Origin: Zancudomyces culisetae HAW-14-8
Taxonomy: Eukaryota; Fungi; Kickxellomycota
Length of the DNA: 64,000 nucleotides
Direction of reading: 5' to 3'
NCBI GenBank assembly: GCA_052426225.1
Contig: JBNJNM010000010.1
Location: forward strand, 496,001-560,000
Every line of letters begins with the position of its first letter. Positions within the stretch are counted from its first letter, which is position 1. The notes beneath the pieces are model-generated. The model was not told the origin of the DNA and made no database searches. It saw nothing but the letters and a program-made list of their open reading frames with translations. Shown here piece after piece: positions 35,355 through 47,147 of this stretch. Position numbers and translations under genes: made by a program.

Positions 35355-38300
35355 TTTTGACCTCGTATTATTCTTTCCTTTTTCTCCCCCCCTCTCAGGG
35401 CTCGCGCAAAAATAATTTTTTTAAAGAATGTTCTTCGAATTCTCTCTGTTTTTGTCTTCCTCTTCCTCCTTTTGTATATTCCGATCCCCAGAATCCTTTT
35501 TTACCTGCTGTACTTTTGCAATTCGTATAGTTTTCCCAATATGTACAATAATGTTTTATTGCAAAATATGTTCTATACCTCTCTCGATAGTTTATACTTC
35601 TTTTTTTTTCGTTTTAAAGTATTTGGCTTTTCTTTTCCCTACTCTCCCAGTGGTAACAATCGTATAGTTTGATCCGATAATATGTTGTCTTGAATTATGA
35701 GTTAAAAAGTAAACGGTTTATAGAAACATAGTGTAACTATGAAGAGATAAAAGCTCACTTTTCGGATATATAAGTAGTTTTATTTTCTTGTGTGTATTTC
35801 TAGTCCTACCCCCGCCTCTTTTAGTTTGGCGTTTACTATACCGCTGTTGATTTTTATTTAAATACCGAGATTCCCGGAATACTCTACACTGAAAAGGAAT
35901 TTCCAAAATCTAAGGCCTGGATTTTATGATAACAAATTCTCGATGACACGTTTTTGGTTTGCAAAGCACAGTTCGATTTGTGAACAAAATATGGGTGTGA
36001 TATCACAGATTTGTTACTACTTTGAATCCTCCTCCCCTTTTCTTGCAAATTCCTACAGATCTACTATTTACACCCCAAATATATTGATTTATACTGTGGT
36101 GTTTTTTTATTTTATTATTATTTGGGTAGTATTAACAAGCGTATACCGAATTCGTTAAAATTGTTTCAGCTGTTTGTAATAAAATAATAATAATAATAGT
36201 AATAGATGCAAGATGAAAATCCTGCACTAATCAGTGTTTTATTTCACCTTCATAGCCTTTTTACTTTATGCCATTTACATTATTTTTTTCTACCCTTTCT
36301 CAAGTCACTGTATTTTTTTTTTGGCCTTTTAAAAAATCTCCACTTGCCAATTTGCTAGCAAAATTTCATATATTAGGTTCGATTCCTGAAATAAATCTAA
36401 AATTTTTATGGGTTCGCTCAACAATGTTTCAAATGTTTACATTGTAAAAAAGAAAAAGATTAAAAAAAAACTAATAAATGGCCTCTTTTCCACCAAGTTA
36501 ATTAAATGTTACAAAATTTTCAATGGATAAAAAAAAAATAAATCATAAAAACTTGTGATAACAATAATCAATCGAAGATAAAATAACAACATTTATTTTT
36601 TACGGTTATTACTACCATTTTCTTTTTTCGTTTTTTTTTTACCACAAACCCAAGTGTTTTATTAAGCTTTAATTTTATTTCAAAACTACTATTGAAAAAA
36701 ATTTTTTTTTTCTCCGTCTAGCTTTTATCTCACGATATTGTTAATATTAAACTTGTATCACTAAAAAAATATATAAAACCAAAGGGAGATTTAACAACCT
36801 CTCTACAAAATCCCATGATAAATAAAGTAATAAAACACTAACATGTAAAAATCACAGATATTTTTTTGGTTTTTTTTTTCATGGCCTTCTCCCTCCTTCC
36901 TAATTTTAACTGAATAGAGCTAAATAGCGCTTATCGATGCATTGATTAAAAATGCTGTACTTTATTTTTTTTTATGGGCATATGAGTAACTTACCAGAGT
37001 TTTTTTTTTTGCCTCCCCACTAATTAAACCATACTCTGAAGACAATTCCATACAATTACTTGCCTTGTTTTAAGGAGAAAAATAGACAAGAAAAAATAAA
37101 ATAAATAGGGCGAGTAGATGGATGGGTCTAGTCTCACAGGGTATAAAGGTTCGACGGGAAACATCTGTATTGCTTTTCAAATTAGATAAAATGTTGAAAT
37201 GTAGTGAAAAACTCAGGGGAGAGGAAAAAAAAAAAGATATACATGCATTTGCTGAGATTATTAGGTCAAAACTTCAAGCACTTAGACAAACATGTGATAC
37301 CATTTAGATATATTTTAATTATGGTTTTTGATAAGATGTTTGAACATTTCTTTTTATCAACTCTTGCATTTTTTTTTTTGAAAAAAAGGGCAAGAAAGGA
37401 AAAGTCTTGGGAAACTGGTTGATAGGATGAGTGTCATGGTGATATCTTGAATTTTGCCTAGAAAAAGAAAAAGAAGGAAAGGGCTGACTCAGAAAAGGAA
37501 AGGTTTTAGGTACAAATCAGTATCAGCATCAGTATCAGTGCATTTTCTTTGCGATACATCTCTAAAACATACAAATTGGTTTATGCGTAGATATGAAATC
37601 TATCGGAGGGTATGATACTTTACTATACCACAGAACTGGTAAATAACCAGTTTTCAACCCAACATACGCCCCCCACCCACCGCTCCTCCTCACCCACTTC
37701 AACGCACACATCCAATCTATCAACTGCTTTAAACCAGGATTAAAATTGTTCATTAATTGTATACGGGCAATTAAATTCTTGTGCCATCTCGGTTGAGCTC
37801 AGCACCGCTCTACCATTATTTTACTAGGCTAATATCCCTCCACTCAACCCATCATATACCAATTCAACCAAAAAGTAAAAGAAGTAAAAAGAAAAGACTG
37901 GACCCACAGAGGTCTTATATTAATTTTTTTTTAATCACCTCATCATTTGGTTCATCCACCCATAGTCCTAGTTGATGTGTTTACAATTTAAAAGGTACAT
38001 CAGAAAGGAGCGTGTAATATGAAGGAGTTTGTTTATTATGCTTTCTAAACGTTCCAAAGTCACGGTGATCAAATTCTTGAGAAAGGGAAAGAGTGTAATA
38101 ATGATGAGAATGAACTAATATAACAATGTTTATAGACCTGATTTTAATTTATTTTGACCTAATGTTATATTTTGAAAATATATTGAACAAATAATGATGA
38201 AAATACGAAACAAGACACAGAAAACAAGAATATGTTCAACAAGCCCAACCTGCTATATTATATTTATTTTAATTTCGAAATATATCAAAGTAGTTTTAAG

Positions 38301-38407
38301 GTACTCGACTAATCTTTACCATTTTAATGCTTATGGTGGTTGTGGTTGTGGTTGTGGAAGTGGAAGTGGTAGGAAGTGGTAGCAGCGTTTTATGTGAAAA
38401 ATGGTAT

Positions 38408-38445
38408 AATTGAAATTGAAATTGAAATTGAAATTGAAATTGAAA
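38408..38445. repeat. (AAATTG)n hexanucleotide repeat upstream of PUP1
   Basis: About 6 tandem copies are visible. Confidence 0.85.
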
Positions 38446-38690
38446 CGTACCCTAAAAAAAAGAGCACAAGAAAACAAAAATGATTACGTATGTAAACGAA
38501 AAAAGTAGGCGGGGGAGGATGGGGGGGAGATTTAAAGAGCTAACGAATAAAAATGGCATATTTATTTACAATTGAAAACTGAATATATTAACCGTTTACA
38601 AACAAAAATAGCAATAAAAACAATAATAAAAAAAACAAATTCAACTACCTTACCACTATAAAAATAAAAAAAAGGAGAGAAAGAATAACT

Positions 38691-39509
38691 ATGGAGGAAC
38701 AACAAACCGGGTTCAAATTTACCAATGCAAAGCGAAATTTACAACTGGAAAGTAAAGGGCTAAAATCCAAATTCACAAAGACTGGTACCACGATTGTAGG
38801 CCTGATTTACAAAGATGGTGTAATCTTGGGGGCAGACACACGGGCGACAGCGGGAAGCATTGTAGCAGACAAAAACTGCGCCAAGATTCACTACATTGCA
38901 CCCAACATCTATTGTTGTGGAGCAGGAACAGCAGCTGATACCGAGTACACTACAAATATGATTAGTTCACAGCTAACTCTACATTCACTAAATAATTTTG
39001 GACGCCAGAGCCGGGTCAATTGTGCACTGACTTTGCTTAAGCAATACTTGTACAAGTACCAGGGTCATATTGGAGCAGCATTGATTTTGGGTGGAGTAGA
39101 TGTTACAGGACCTCATCTATATACTATTTATCCACACGGCTCTACCGATAGTTTGCCATATGTTACGATGGGTTCGGGAAGTTTGGCAGCCATGGCAATA
39201 TTTGAAAGTCGGTATAAGGCAGGATTATCACGGGAGGAAGGGATTCAGTTGGTTAACGATGCAATTGAATCAGGAATCTTTAATGACTTGGGTTCAGGTA
39301 GCAATGTGGATGTATGTGTTATTCCTACCAATGGAGAGGTGGAATATTTGAGAAATTATAACAAGCCAAACCAAAGAATGCCCAAACAAAGAAACTACAA
39401 GTTTGCACCGGGATCTACTTGTGTTATAAGTGAAAATGTAAAATACTTTAAAAACAAGGCAGGAGATAATAAGGCAGAGGACGGGGTTGAACTAATGGAA
39501 GTAGTGTAA
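38691..39509 (+). CDS. PUP1: 20S proteasome subunit beta-2 (trypsin-like)
   Basis: Propeptide then TG|TTIVG catalytic Thr; [38 protein letters not shown] and [13 protein letters not shown]. Confidence 0.97.
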   Translation: MEEQQTGFKFTNAKRNLQLESKGLKSKFTKTGTTIVGLIYKDGVILGADTRATAGSIVADKNCAKIHYIAPNIYCCGAGTAADTEYTTNMISSQLTLHSLNNFGRQSRVNCALTLLKQYLYKYQGHIGAALILGGVDVTGPHLYTIYPHGSTDSLPYVTMGSGSLAAMAIFESRYKAGLSREEGIQLVNDAIESGIFNDLGSGSNVDVCVIPTNGEVEYLRNYNKPNQRMPKQRNYKFAPGSTCVISENVKYFKNKAGDNKAEDGVELMEVV

Positions 39510-39733
39510 AGAAGCCAAAGTAAAGCAAAAAAAAAATTGAGAGAGAAAGAGCAGAGAGAAAGAGGAAAAAGATGAGAAAGAAAGAAGGTGGTGGATGATT
39601 GATGTTTTTACAACTATTTTTTTTTTGTTTTCCTTGGATAATATTTTTATTGAACATTGCAAAAGAATAAATATAAATAAATGAACCAAGGCGAAAAGAA
39701 AAAGGGAATGAAAATGAGAAAGATAGACAAAGT

Positions 39734-42700
39734 TTACCAAGCCAACTGAGATTTGTCAGAGCAGTTGTTTGATTTTAGGAATTTTTTAGGGTCAGAAGAA
39801 ATGGCGGCACGGAAAATAGATTTTCCATACAGCTTGTACATTTCAGTGACACCACCACCAGAGATGAGACGTTCTTCCATAAGACTTAGAGTGAAGGGGA
39901 AGGAAACACCAGCTACAGAGACGGTTCTGTTTGGAAGATCGATATCAACTTGGGCACCATCAACAGCCAATTCATAGAACTTTTCATCCTTCAAGCAAAT
40001 TCCCAAGAGAGCCATGTTGGGTTGATTTCTGGAGTAAATGAAGGCAAAGGATTTGGCAATGACGGCCTTTGTACCAGCACCCTTCAATGCACGAGGAGCT
40101 TCCTCACGACTGGATCCAGAACCGAAACCGATTCCAGCTACTACAATATCAAATCCTTGTTTAACACGTTCTCTAAATTCTGGGTGGGTGTGTTGGAAAG
40201 CATGAGTACCCAAATCCTCATCACTAGTTCCAGGCATAAATTGGGCAGGAATGATAGCATCGGTATCAATGTTATCACCAAATCTTTGGACTTTTCCAGA
40301 AATGATTGAAGTAGAGGCGGCCTTAGTAGCTGGAGCGTTTTCGGAGGCTGATTCAGCAACATTATCAGCAGCAGTAGTGGAGGTAGCAGCGGAAGCAGAG
40401 ATAAAGGTTGGGTTGGGTTCAGAAATGACAAAATCTTGTGGGCCTTCAAGCCATTCAGAAAGCATTTTCTTGTATCTATCTTTGTTAACCAAGTTGACAA
40501 GATCGGTAGGATCAGTAATCTTCATGCCAAATGATGATGCGGCTACAGTGGCGGAACTGGCCAAGTTACAGATAGAGCCAGGTCCCATTCTGTTCTTGAA
40601 GTTTCTGTTTTGTGATGACAGCCATACCTCACCCTTTCCTGCAATATCTGCAGCTACTCCAAGACAGTATGAACATCCTGGTGCACCAATATCAAAGCCT
40701 GCTCGTTGATAAATGTCAGCCAATCCCAATCTACGTAGCTTGGCCAAAATTGGAACTGATCCTGGTGTTACTCTTCTGTTCTTTCCTTCGACTGGAACCA
40801 ATCCCTTGTTAAGTCCTGCTTCCAATACCAAAGCTGCAAAGATCAAGTCCTCTTCTGCTGTTGTACATGCTCCAATAAACACTCCATCCAATTCGGTTCC
40901 TGCTGCTTGTGATGCGGGAACTACATTGTCTGGGCTTGGATATAGGGCCACCAATGGCTCAATCTTGGACAAATCAATGATGTGTGATTCGGCATACTCT
41001 GCATCCTCGTCTGGTTTAAAGTACAACGCCTTGTTTCTGTGTTCAGGGTTCTTTCTATGCGAAACAAATGCTGCTGTTATGTTGTCAGCCTCACACACTC
41101 CGGCAATTCCTCCAAATTCTGTTGCCATGTTTGCACATGCAAATCTTGCATCACATGACATATACTTGAGTCCTGGTCCTGTGTATTCCACTGCACGTTC
41201 AAATGCTACGGTATTACGTCCCAATGTTCCCAAAACTTGCAAGATGATATCTTTTCCTCCTATTCCAAATTGTGGTTCATTGACAAAGCGGATCTCCACA
41301 GTTTCTGGTACTTGAAGCCATGTTTCTCCTGTAACCATAGGCATAACTACGTCAGCTGCTCCCATTCCAATTGCCAATGATCCTACTGCTCCAGCTGAAC
41401 ATGTATGTGAGTCTGCTCCAATAATCAACTGTCCTGGCTGTGCTCTTTGGCGGTAGAATTCTGTGTGAAGAATTGTATAATTTGGCTTGTAGAAGTCTAC
41501 CAATTGTGCCTCCTCTGAGAACTTCTCTGATGCATCAACCAACTCCACTGTCAATGGTCGATCCATAATTCGTGGATCAACTGTGTGGTCAATTGCCAAC
41601 CAGAACCGATCGTTTCTGTGCACTCCTGGGTTTCCCATTTGTGCATATGTCTTGTCCATACCCTTCCATGTCAGTTCTGATGCAAGTGTCCAATCTACTT
41701 TTACACATACCATATCTCCTGGTTTGATATTTCCTGGTTCTTCCAAGCCAATAGCGTTGTGCAAGATGATCTTTTCAGAGATTGTCAATCCTCTTCTTCC
41801 TGTTGGTCTATTAAGCAATATCTCTCTTGGAATTTCCAAGTCCTCCGCATTCAACCCGTTAAGCATTGGTCCCAACGCTCTAACTACAGCATCTCCCATC
41901 TGTGTAGTTGTACATTCGCCTCCCAAATCTCTTGTGCGCATTCCATATCCATTGAGCTCATCATCATCCAATACCTTTCTCACTGCTTGCTCAATAGCAT
42001 TTGCCTCTGCCTCTCTGCCTAGTGAATATCTCAACAACATGGCTGCTGAAAGTATTGACCCAATTGGATTGGCTACTCCGTTTCCTGCAATATCTGGTGC
42101 TGATCCGTGAATTGGTTCGTACATTCCAAATATTGGCGATTTCCCGTCAATTACTCCCCCAAGACTGGCTGATGGCAACAATCCTAATGACCCTGGAATT
42201 ACACTGGATTCGTCAGACAGAATGTCTCCAAACATATTCTCAGTCAAGATTATACCATTAAGTGCTCGTGGATTCTTGACCATCAACATTGCTGCTGCGT
42301 CTACCAAATGGTGCTGCAACTCCACTCCTGGAAATTCTGCTTCAATAGTCTCTGTTACTACTTTTCGCCACAGTCTTGATGTTGCCATTACATTAGCCTT
42401 ATCAATGCTGTGAATCTTCTTGTGCTCTTTTCCTGCTGTTGCCAACAATCCGGCAAGTCTGGCTACTCTTTTGACCTGATCCACAGAGTATTCTGTAGTA
42501 TCCCATGCCTGTCCATTGGCATCAGTCTCTTGTCTCTTTCCAAAATACACTCCCCCTATCAATTCTCTAATCATCATAAATTCGGCTCCCTCTGCTACCT
42601 CATACTTTAATGGACTGCTCTTCAACAATGAATCCGATGCAAATGACATTGGTCGCAAGTTTGCATATAGTTGCAGTTCTTGTCTTAAATCCAACAACCC

Positions 42701-43012
42701 TTGTTCTGGTCGTGGTCCCAGTCCTTTGCTTGCATCATTGGCATCTACTGGTCTGGGCCACTGAGGTCCTCCTACTGCTCCAAGCAAGACGGCTTGGGCT
42801 GATTTACATGCTTCAAGTGTTGCTTGTGGCAATGGTACTCCCTGTGTGTCTATTGCCTTGCCTCCAAAATCATACTCGGCAAAATCAAGAACCCCACCAA
42901 TTGCATTGGACCTCAGTTCACTGACCTTTTTAAGTACTTTTATTGCCTCTGCGGTTACTTCTGGACCAACACCATCACCTGGAATCACTGCTATTTTAAT
43001 TAGGTTTACCAT
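39734..43012 (-). CDS. LEU2: Fusion of 3-isopropylmalate dehydrogenase (Leu2/LeuB) with an aconitase-family [4Fe-4S] isomerase, large and small subunit (LeuC/LeuD-like, not the Leu1 type)
   Basis: Residues 1-~385 carry [48 protein letters not shown] and [12 protein letters not shown]. Residues ~408-840 carry [29 protein letters not shown] and [11 protein letters not shown]. After an Ala/Ser/Thr linker come [22 protein letters not shown] and AKSFAFIY. The ORF is uninterrupted. Confidence 0.93.
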   Translation of the reverse strand: MVNLIKIAVIPGDGVGPEVTAEAIKVLKKVSELRSNAIGGVLDFAEYDFGGKAIDTQGVPLPQATLEACKSAQAVLLGAVGGPQWPRPVDANDASKGLGPRPEQGLLDLRQELQLYANLRPMSFASDSLLKSSPLKYEVAEGAEFMMIRELIGGVYFGKRQETDANGQAWDTTEYSVDQVKRVARLAGLLATAGKEHKKIHSIDKANVMATSRLWRKVVTETIEAEFPGVELQHHLVDAAAMLMVKNPRALNGIILTENMFGDILSDESSVIPGSLGLLPSASLGGVIDGKSPIFGMYEPIHGSAPDIAGNGVANPIGSILSAAMLLRYSLGREAEANAIEQAVRKVLDDDELNGYGMRTRDLGGECTTTQMGDAVVRALGPMLNGLNAEDLEIPREILLNRPTGRRGLTISEKIILHNAIGLEEPGNIKPGDMVCVKVDWTLASELTWKGMDKTYAQMGNPGVHRNDRFWLAIDHTVDPRIMDRPLTVELVDASEKFSEEAQLVDFYKPNYTILHTEFYRQRAQPGQLIIGADSHTCSAGAVGSLAIGMGAADVVMPMVTGETWLQVPETVEIRFVNEPQFGIGGKDIILQVLGTLGRNTVAFERAVEYTGPGLKYMSCDARFACANMATEFGGIAGVCEADNITAAFVSHRKNPEHRNKALYFKPDEDAEYAESHIIDLSKIEPLVALYPSPDNVVPASQAAGTELDGVFIGACTTAEEDLIFAALVLEAGLNKGLVPVEGKNRRVTPGSVPILAKLRRLGLADIYQRAGFDIGAPGCSYCLGVAADIAGKGEVWLSSQNRNFKNRMGPGSICNLASSATVAASSFGMKITDPTDLVNLVNKDRYKKMLSEWLEGPQDFVISEPNPTFISASAATSTTAADNVAESASENAPATKAASTSIISGKVQRFGDNIDTDAIIPAQFMPGTSDEDLGTHAFQHTHPEFRERVKQGFDIVVAGIGFGSGSSREEAPRALKGAGTKAVIAKSFAFIYSRNQPNMALLGICLKDEKFYELAVDGAQVDIDLPNRTVSVAGVSFPFTLSLMEERLISGGGVTEMYKLYGKSIFRAAISSDPKKFLKSNNCSDKSQLAW

Positions 43013-44156
43013 CTTTTTGTTCCCTTCCTTTTTTTGCTGCTCCTTAACGTTATTGTCTATTATAATATATTTTATTTTTGTTTAGTCATCAATAAGTTTA
43101 CTTTTTTTTTTTCAACCCAAATTACACCAAAAACCTATTCTTCCTCCCCCCCTCTCAGTCATCTTTTTCATTGTCGTACATATAAACTCTTTAGCATATT
43201 TTTATTTTCTTTTATTAGACATTTCGTTTTACCTTTTAATAATACTGTTTTTTATCAACTTTGAATAAACAAGAAAAGTAGTAATTAACTTGATACTTTT
43301 CAACTCTGCTTATTTTTTTTTACAATTAAAAGATTAAAAGAATCAACTTCAAAGATAATGCGTTTTATAGTTTTTTTTTAATTAAAACCCTCCAATTTCC
43401 AAAAAAAAAGTTGAACTTTTCAATTGCATGTTCACGATTTAAACTCACATCCAACTGGTCAAGGTAAACAGAAAATGAGTATAACATAAAAAAAACGAGG
43501 GGGAGGGAGGGGGGACCTGTGTATAGTATGTGTTATGTATTGTAGTGGTAAGGATAACGTGGAGGAAAGAGGGGGGAGTGTGCAAAGATAGTTAAAGTGT
43601 GATTAACGGCGTATTAATTTTCTTAGTGAGCTGTTATTGATCCGGTTTCAAAAATGCAAAAAATTGGGAACTGGCGATCCATTGGTAGTTGAATATCACT
43701 ATTTTTTAATTTGTTTTTTTTTTAATCACTACTAATTGCTAATTGCTAATGCCTTTTTGTATTTCTAAAGCTTTACTATTGCTCACAACAAAAGACGATA
43801 ATGAATAATTAAAAAACAAATATTTTTGATAATTTTTGATTTGCCTATTCGTCAAAATCTACTAAAAATAGCAATTAAAAATCAAAAAAAACATAAAAAC
43901 ATTATAAGAAAAATAAAATGGAAAATAGAAAAATCACGGACCCAAGAAATACAAAGAATCTTTGGTTTTGCTCACAGTTGAAAACATAATGACAAATACA
44001 TTTTTAGTAAGCAAAAAAAAACGATAAGGTGGTAAAAACGGTACATATACCAGCACTTGCCCATTATATTTCTCTTTCCCCATCTCTTATTCCCGCTAAT
44101 CCTATTGTTGCTTGAATATAAAAGAACGGACTTTTGTCAGCCTTAATACTTTCAAC

Positions 44157-44193
44157 GCTTTTTGCTTTTTGCTTTTTGCTTTTTGCTTTTTGC
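44157..44193. repeat. (GCTTTTT)n heptanucleotide repeat
   Basis: About 5 tandem copies are visible. Confidence 0.85.
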
Positions 44194-45900
44194 ATTCACA
44201 CACATGGATTGAATGTACATTTTCTTTGTATTCTCTTTACACTGTGGCTGTGGGCTTTACCCAATATTTAGCGAGTTTTAAGACAAATACATCTGCCTAG
44301 TTTTTGGTTCTATCTTCCTTTATTGTTTCCCTCCCCCCCCATTTTTTTTCTCATCCCCCTGCCTTAATCCCTCCCTCATCTTTTGTATGGGTGTACTGTT
44401 AATCTCTCTCCAACTCCAATAAAACCAAAGTGATTTTTGCTATTACGTTATGCAGATTTGCACCCAACGAATAATTGGATATTTTGATCATGTTCGAAAT
44501 AGCAATCACTTGGAAAGGAAATTTCAGGTTGATATCGATAACAAAGTACAGTTCTGTTATTTACTCATTTTCGCAGTACTTCTTGAAAAAAAAAAAAAAA
44601 AGAGCGAGAAAAGGGTCTTGCTAAAAATATTGGAAAAAACATTCATTTTGTATATGTGGTTTCTCATTTATTACCACCATCCTTAAAACCAAGTATTTCA
44701 GTGCAATTTTCTGGAAGCAATTCTGTCCATGGTACAATTAATTTTATACTCAGGCTGGTTTACAATATATTTATACAGTGTGCTCGTTTTGAGACTAAAC
44801 CCGTAATATTCTTAGTGTTTTATTCGACGATAGGGTGACGTGGAGGGTTGTTGTTTGTACATCCCGATCCTTTTGCTTGACATTTTCACCTACATTTGAT
44901 CGGGTTGTAGTAGAATACCCTGTGTACTTGCTGGTTTTCTCCCATTCTTTTTATTTATTTTTTCTTGGAACAGGTACCATCTGCCAAGACTAAAAAACAT
45001 GCTTTGTACTAATTCATGTCCAACTCGTTTACATTGTCACTTTATTTTATTCTACTTTCAAAAATCTGGATACTAGTTGAAAGTTATCAATCACTACACT
45101 TTTGTTCATGTTTAGTACAAAGGCCATTTCATTGTTTTGATTGATGAAAATGTGAATGTGAATGTGTATTTCTTTCTATTTGATCAATATATCTAGCAAT
45201 AGACAACAGATGTAAAAATTACAGGTTAATTTCTAAAGCATTAAAGAAAGAAAGCCTATATGTTAGGATTCCCTAACATCTTCCTTTCAAAGACCTGTGA
45301 ACAGAACTAAAATCACCCAATGATTCTTATTCACAAAGCCTTCAGTAGACTTTTCAGATCATAAAAAGCAATCAACGTTAATCTTCAATTGACCTTCAAG
45401 TTAAAAGGATTGTTACAACAGAAGTTTGCTTCGGCAAAACGGAAGTATCTCGACAACATAACTATGGACCAACGTTCTCAATGAAAACGGTCAAGTAGGT
45501 TAACATTCCCAAACTGATCACTTATTTTTCTAGTGTTTATTCTTGTTGTTCTACTGTCCTTTTGAACCTATAAACTATAATTCCTTCAAAATAAATTTCA
45601 AGCTTTAAAGATCATTATTAAAATCCTGGCAAAGTATATTTGAAACCCGACATATTACCCCAATCTCAAATTAAAAAATCACGCATAAATGGCGCCACTT
45701 AATTATTACCCAAAAATTCCATAAAAAAAACTAAAAAGAAAAAAGAAAAAAAACAAGCAATCGAATTTTTTTCACATTTTCTTGGCTCGTGATTCAGTTT
45801 CTTTTTTCTTTTTTTTTGTTTATAACTGCCAATTCTATTATTTTATAAAAGTAAAATAATACATTATATTCATAAAAAAAAACTACAGTATAGAATAAGA

Positions 45901-46371
45901 ATGATGGGAAAGCTAATTCATTATGCATTCGATCTCGCTCTAATCGCAGCACTGTTATCGGGAATAAGAAGAACAACAGGGTTCACGTAAGTTTATTAGC
46001 ATTTATATGTCGATTATTACACTTGTAGCCTTCTCGGCATTTAGTTTTGTACAATTGTATCACTGTTGAAACCCCTCTCCCTCAAGACATGGAATACCTC
46101 ACTACTTTCTCATGCTTTTACTTGTTGCTATCTTGATAATACATACACATCTAGAAATAGCGCTTGAAATGGTAAAATCTAAACGTAAAAATATTGATTG
46201 AATAGATTGAAATGTGCTGCCGATAACCAAAGTGGCAATAGCGATTCTCTCTCCAAAAAATATCTGCGATGGGGTGATTATGCATTTGATTTTGTTGTTG
46301 GAATCATGACAACATTCCCAAACCTCTTTGTTAGACTGCCACCAGGTTCCGGCCAAGGTCCAAACCATTAA
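45901..46371 (+). CDS. DUF1748-family fungal microprotein (83 aa); exons 45901-45986 and 46206-46371
   Basis: Exon 1 reads MMGKLIHYAFDLALIAALLSGIRRTTGF. A phase-2 GTAAGT...AATAG intron leads to TLKC...SKKYLRWGDYAFDFVVGIMTTFPNLFVR...NH*. Both halves match my recollection of the DUF1748 pattern (G.L.HYAFD..L....L.G..R.TG / KYL..GE...D). Not in the ORF track. Confidence 0.82.
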
Positions 46372-47147
46372 AATGCGAGTAAAATTTGGTATGCTTTTTT
46401 TTTTTTGATGGAAAAAAAAACAAAAGAGAGCCGCTCTTTCGCTGTTTGTACTAGATACCAATAATCCTGCTTGTACTAGGATCAGTACAGTTTGCACTAT
46501 TTTCATTGTTTTTTTTTTTCTACGATCCTTTTTATCATTTTGAATTGCAAGCTTTGAACAATATAATTATTACACATAAGGAAGAAAAAGGAAATAATAC
46601 TAATATGTGACTTTTATATGGCTTGCTTGTAAATAAAGCTGGTAGGTATATGTACAAGTTTACTATCGCGGTTTTGATAGTTTGATGCATAGCTTTTTTA
46701 ATAGTTACGCACATAACATTATACACCATCCCCCCCCCTTCTGTAACTTTGAATTATACCTTTTGATTTTGTACAATAAATGTTGGTCTGGTTGAAAAGG
46801 TTTTAGTCTAGATAAAAAGTCGACCTGTACAAATATCAGTAAAACTAATATAGGGTTTCGCACGATTTGATTCTCCTTATCTGACATATAGTGATATACT
46901 ACTCTAGACCTCAAATTCAAAAGAAAAAGAGAAGAAAAAGAGAAGAAAAAAAAGAATATTTACCTACACTAAAAAATCTATAGCAAAAAAACATGATACT
47001 TATAACAAATAGTTTATGCAAAAATATGTTGTAATAAAATACGTGTACAACAGTAACAACAACAATCAACGATCAAAAATACCAACAGAAATAAAAAAAA
47101 AGACAATCGGAGGGTAAAAACTCTTAAGATCACACCCACAGACAATT

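Noticed and set aside
39753-42924. Chain of + strand ORFs antisense to the leucine fusion gene
   Set aside because: Typical antisense shadows of a codon-biased gene with no recognisable motifs.
39734-43012. Recent horizontal transfer of the fusion gene because it has no introns
   Set aside because: Many native genes here are also intronless, the Leu2 half looks fungal, and its composition matches neighbouring genes. Only a phylogeny could show an older transfer.
46102-46920. Minus-strand ORFs of 64-134 aa
   Set aside because: They overlap DUF1748 exon 2 or run through homopolymers, and no family signal is present.
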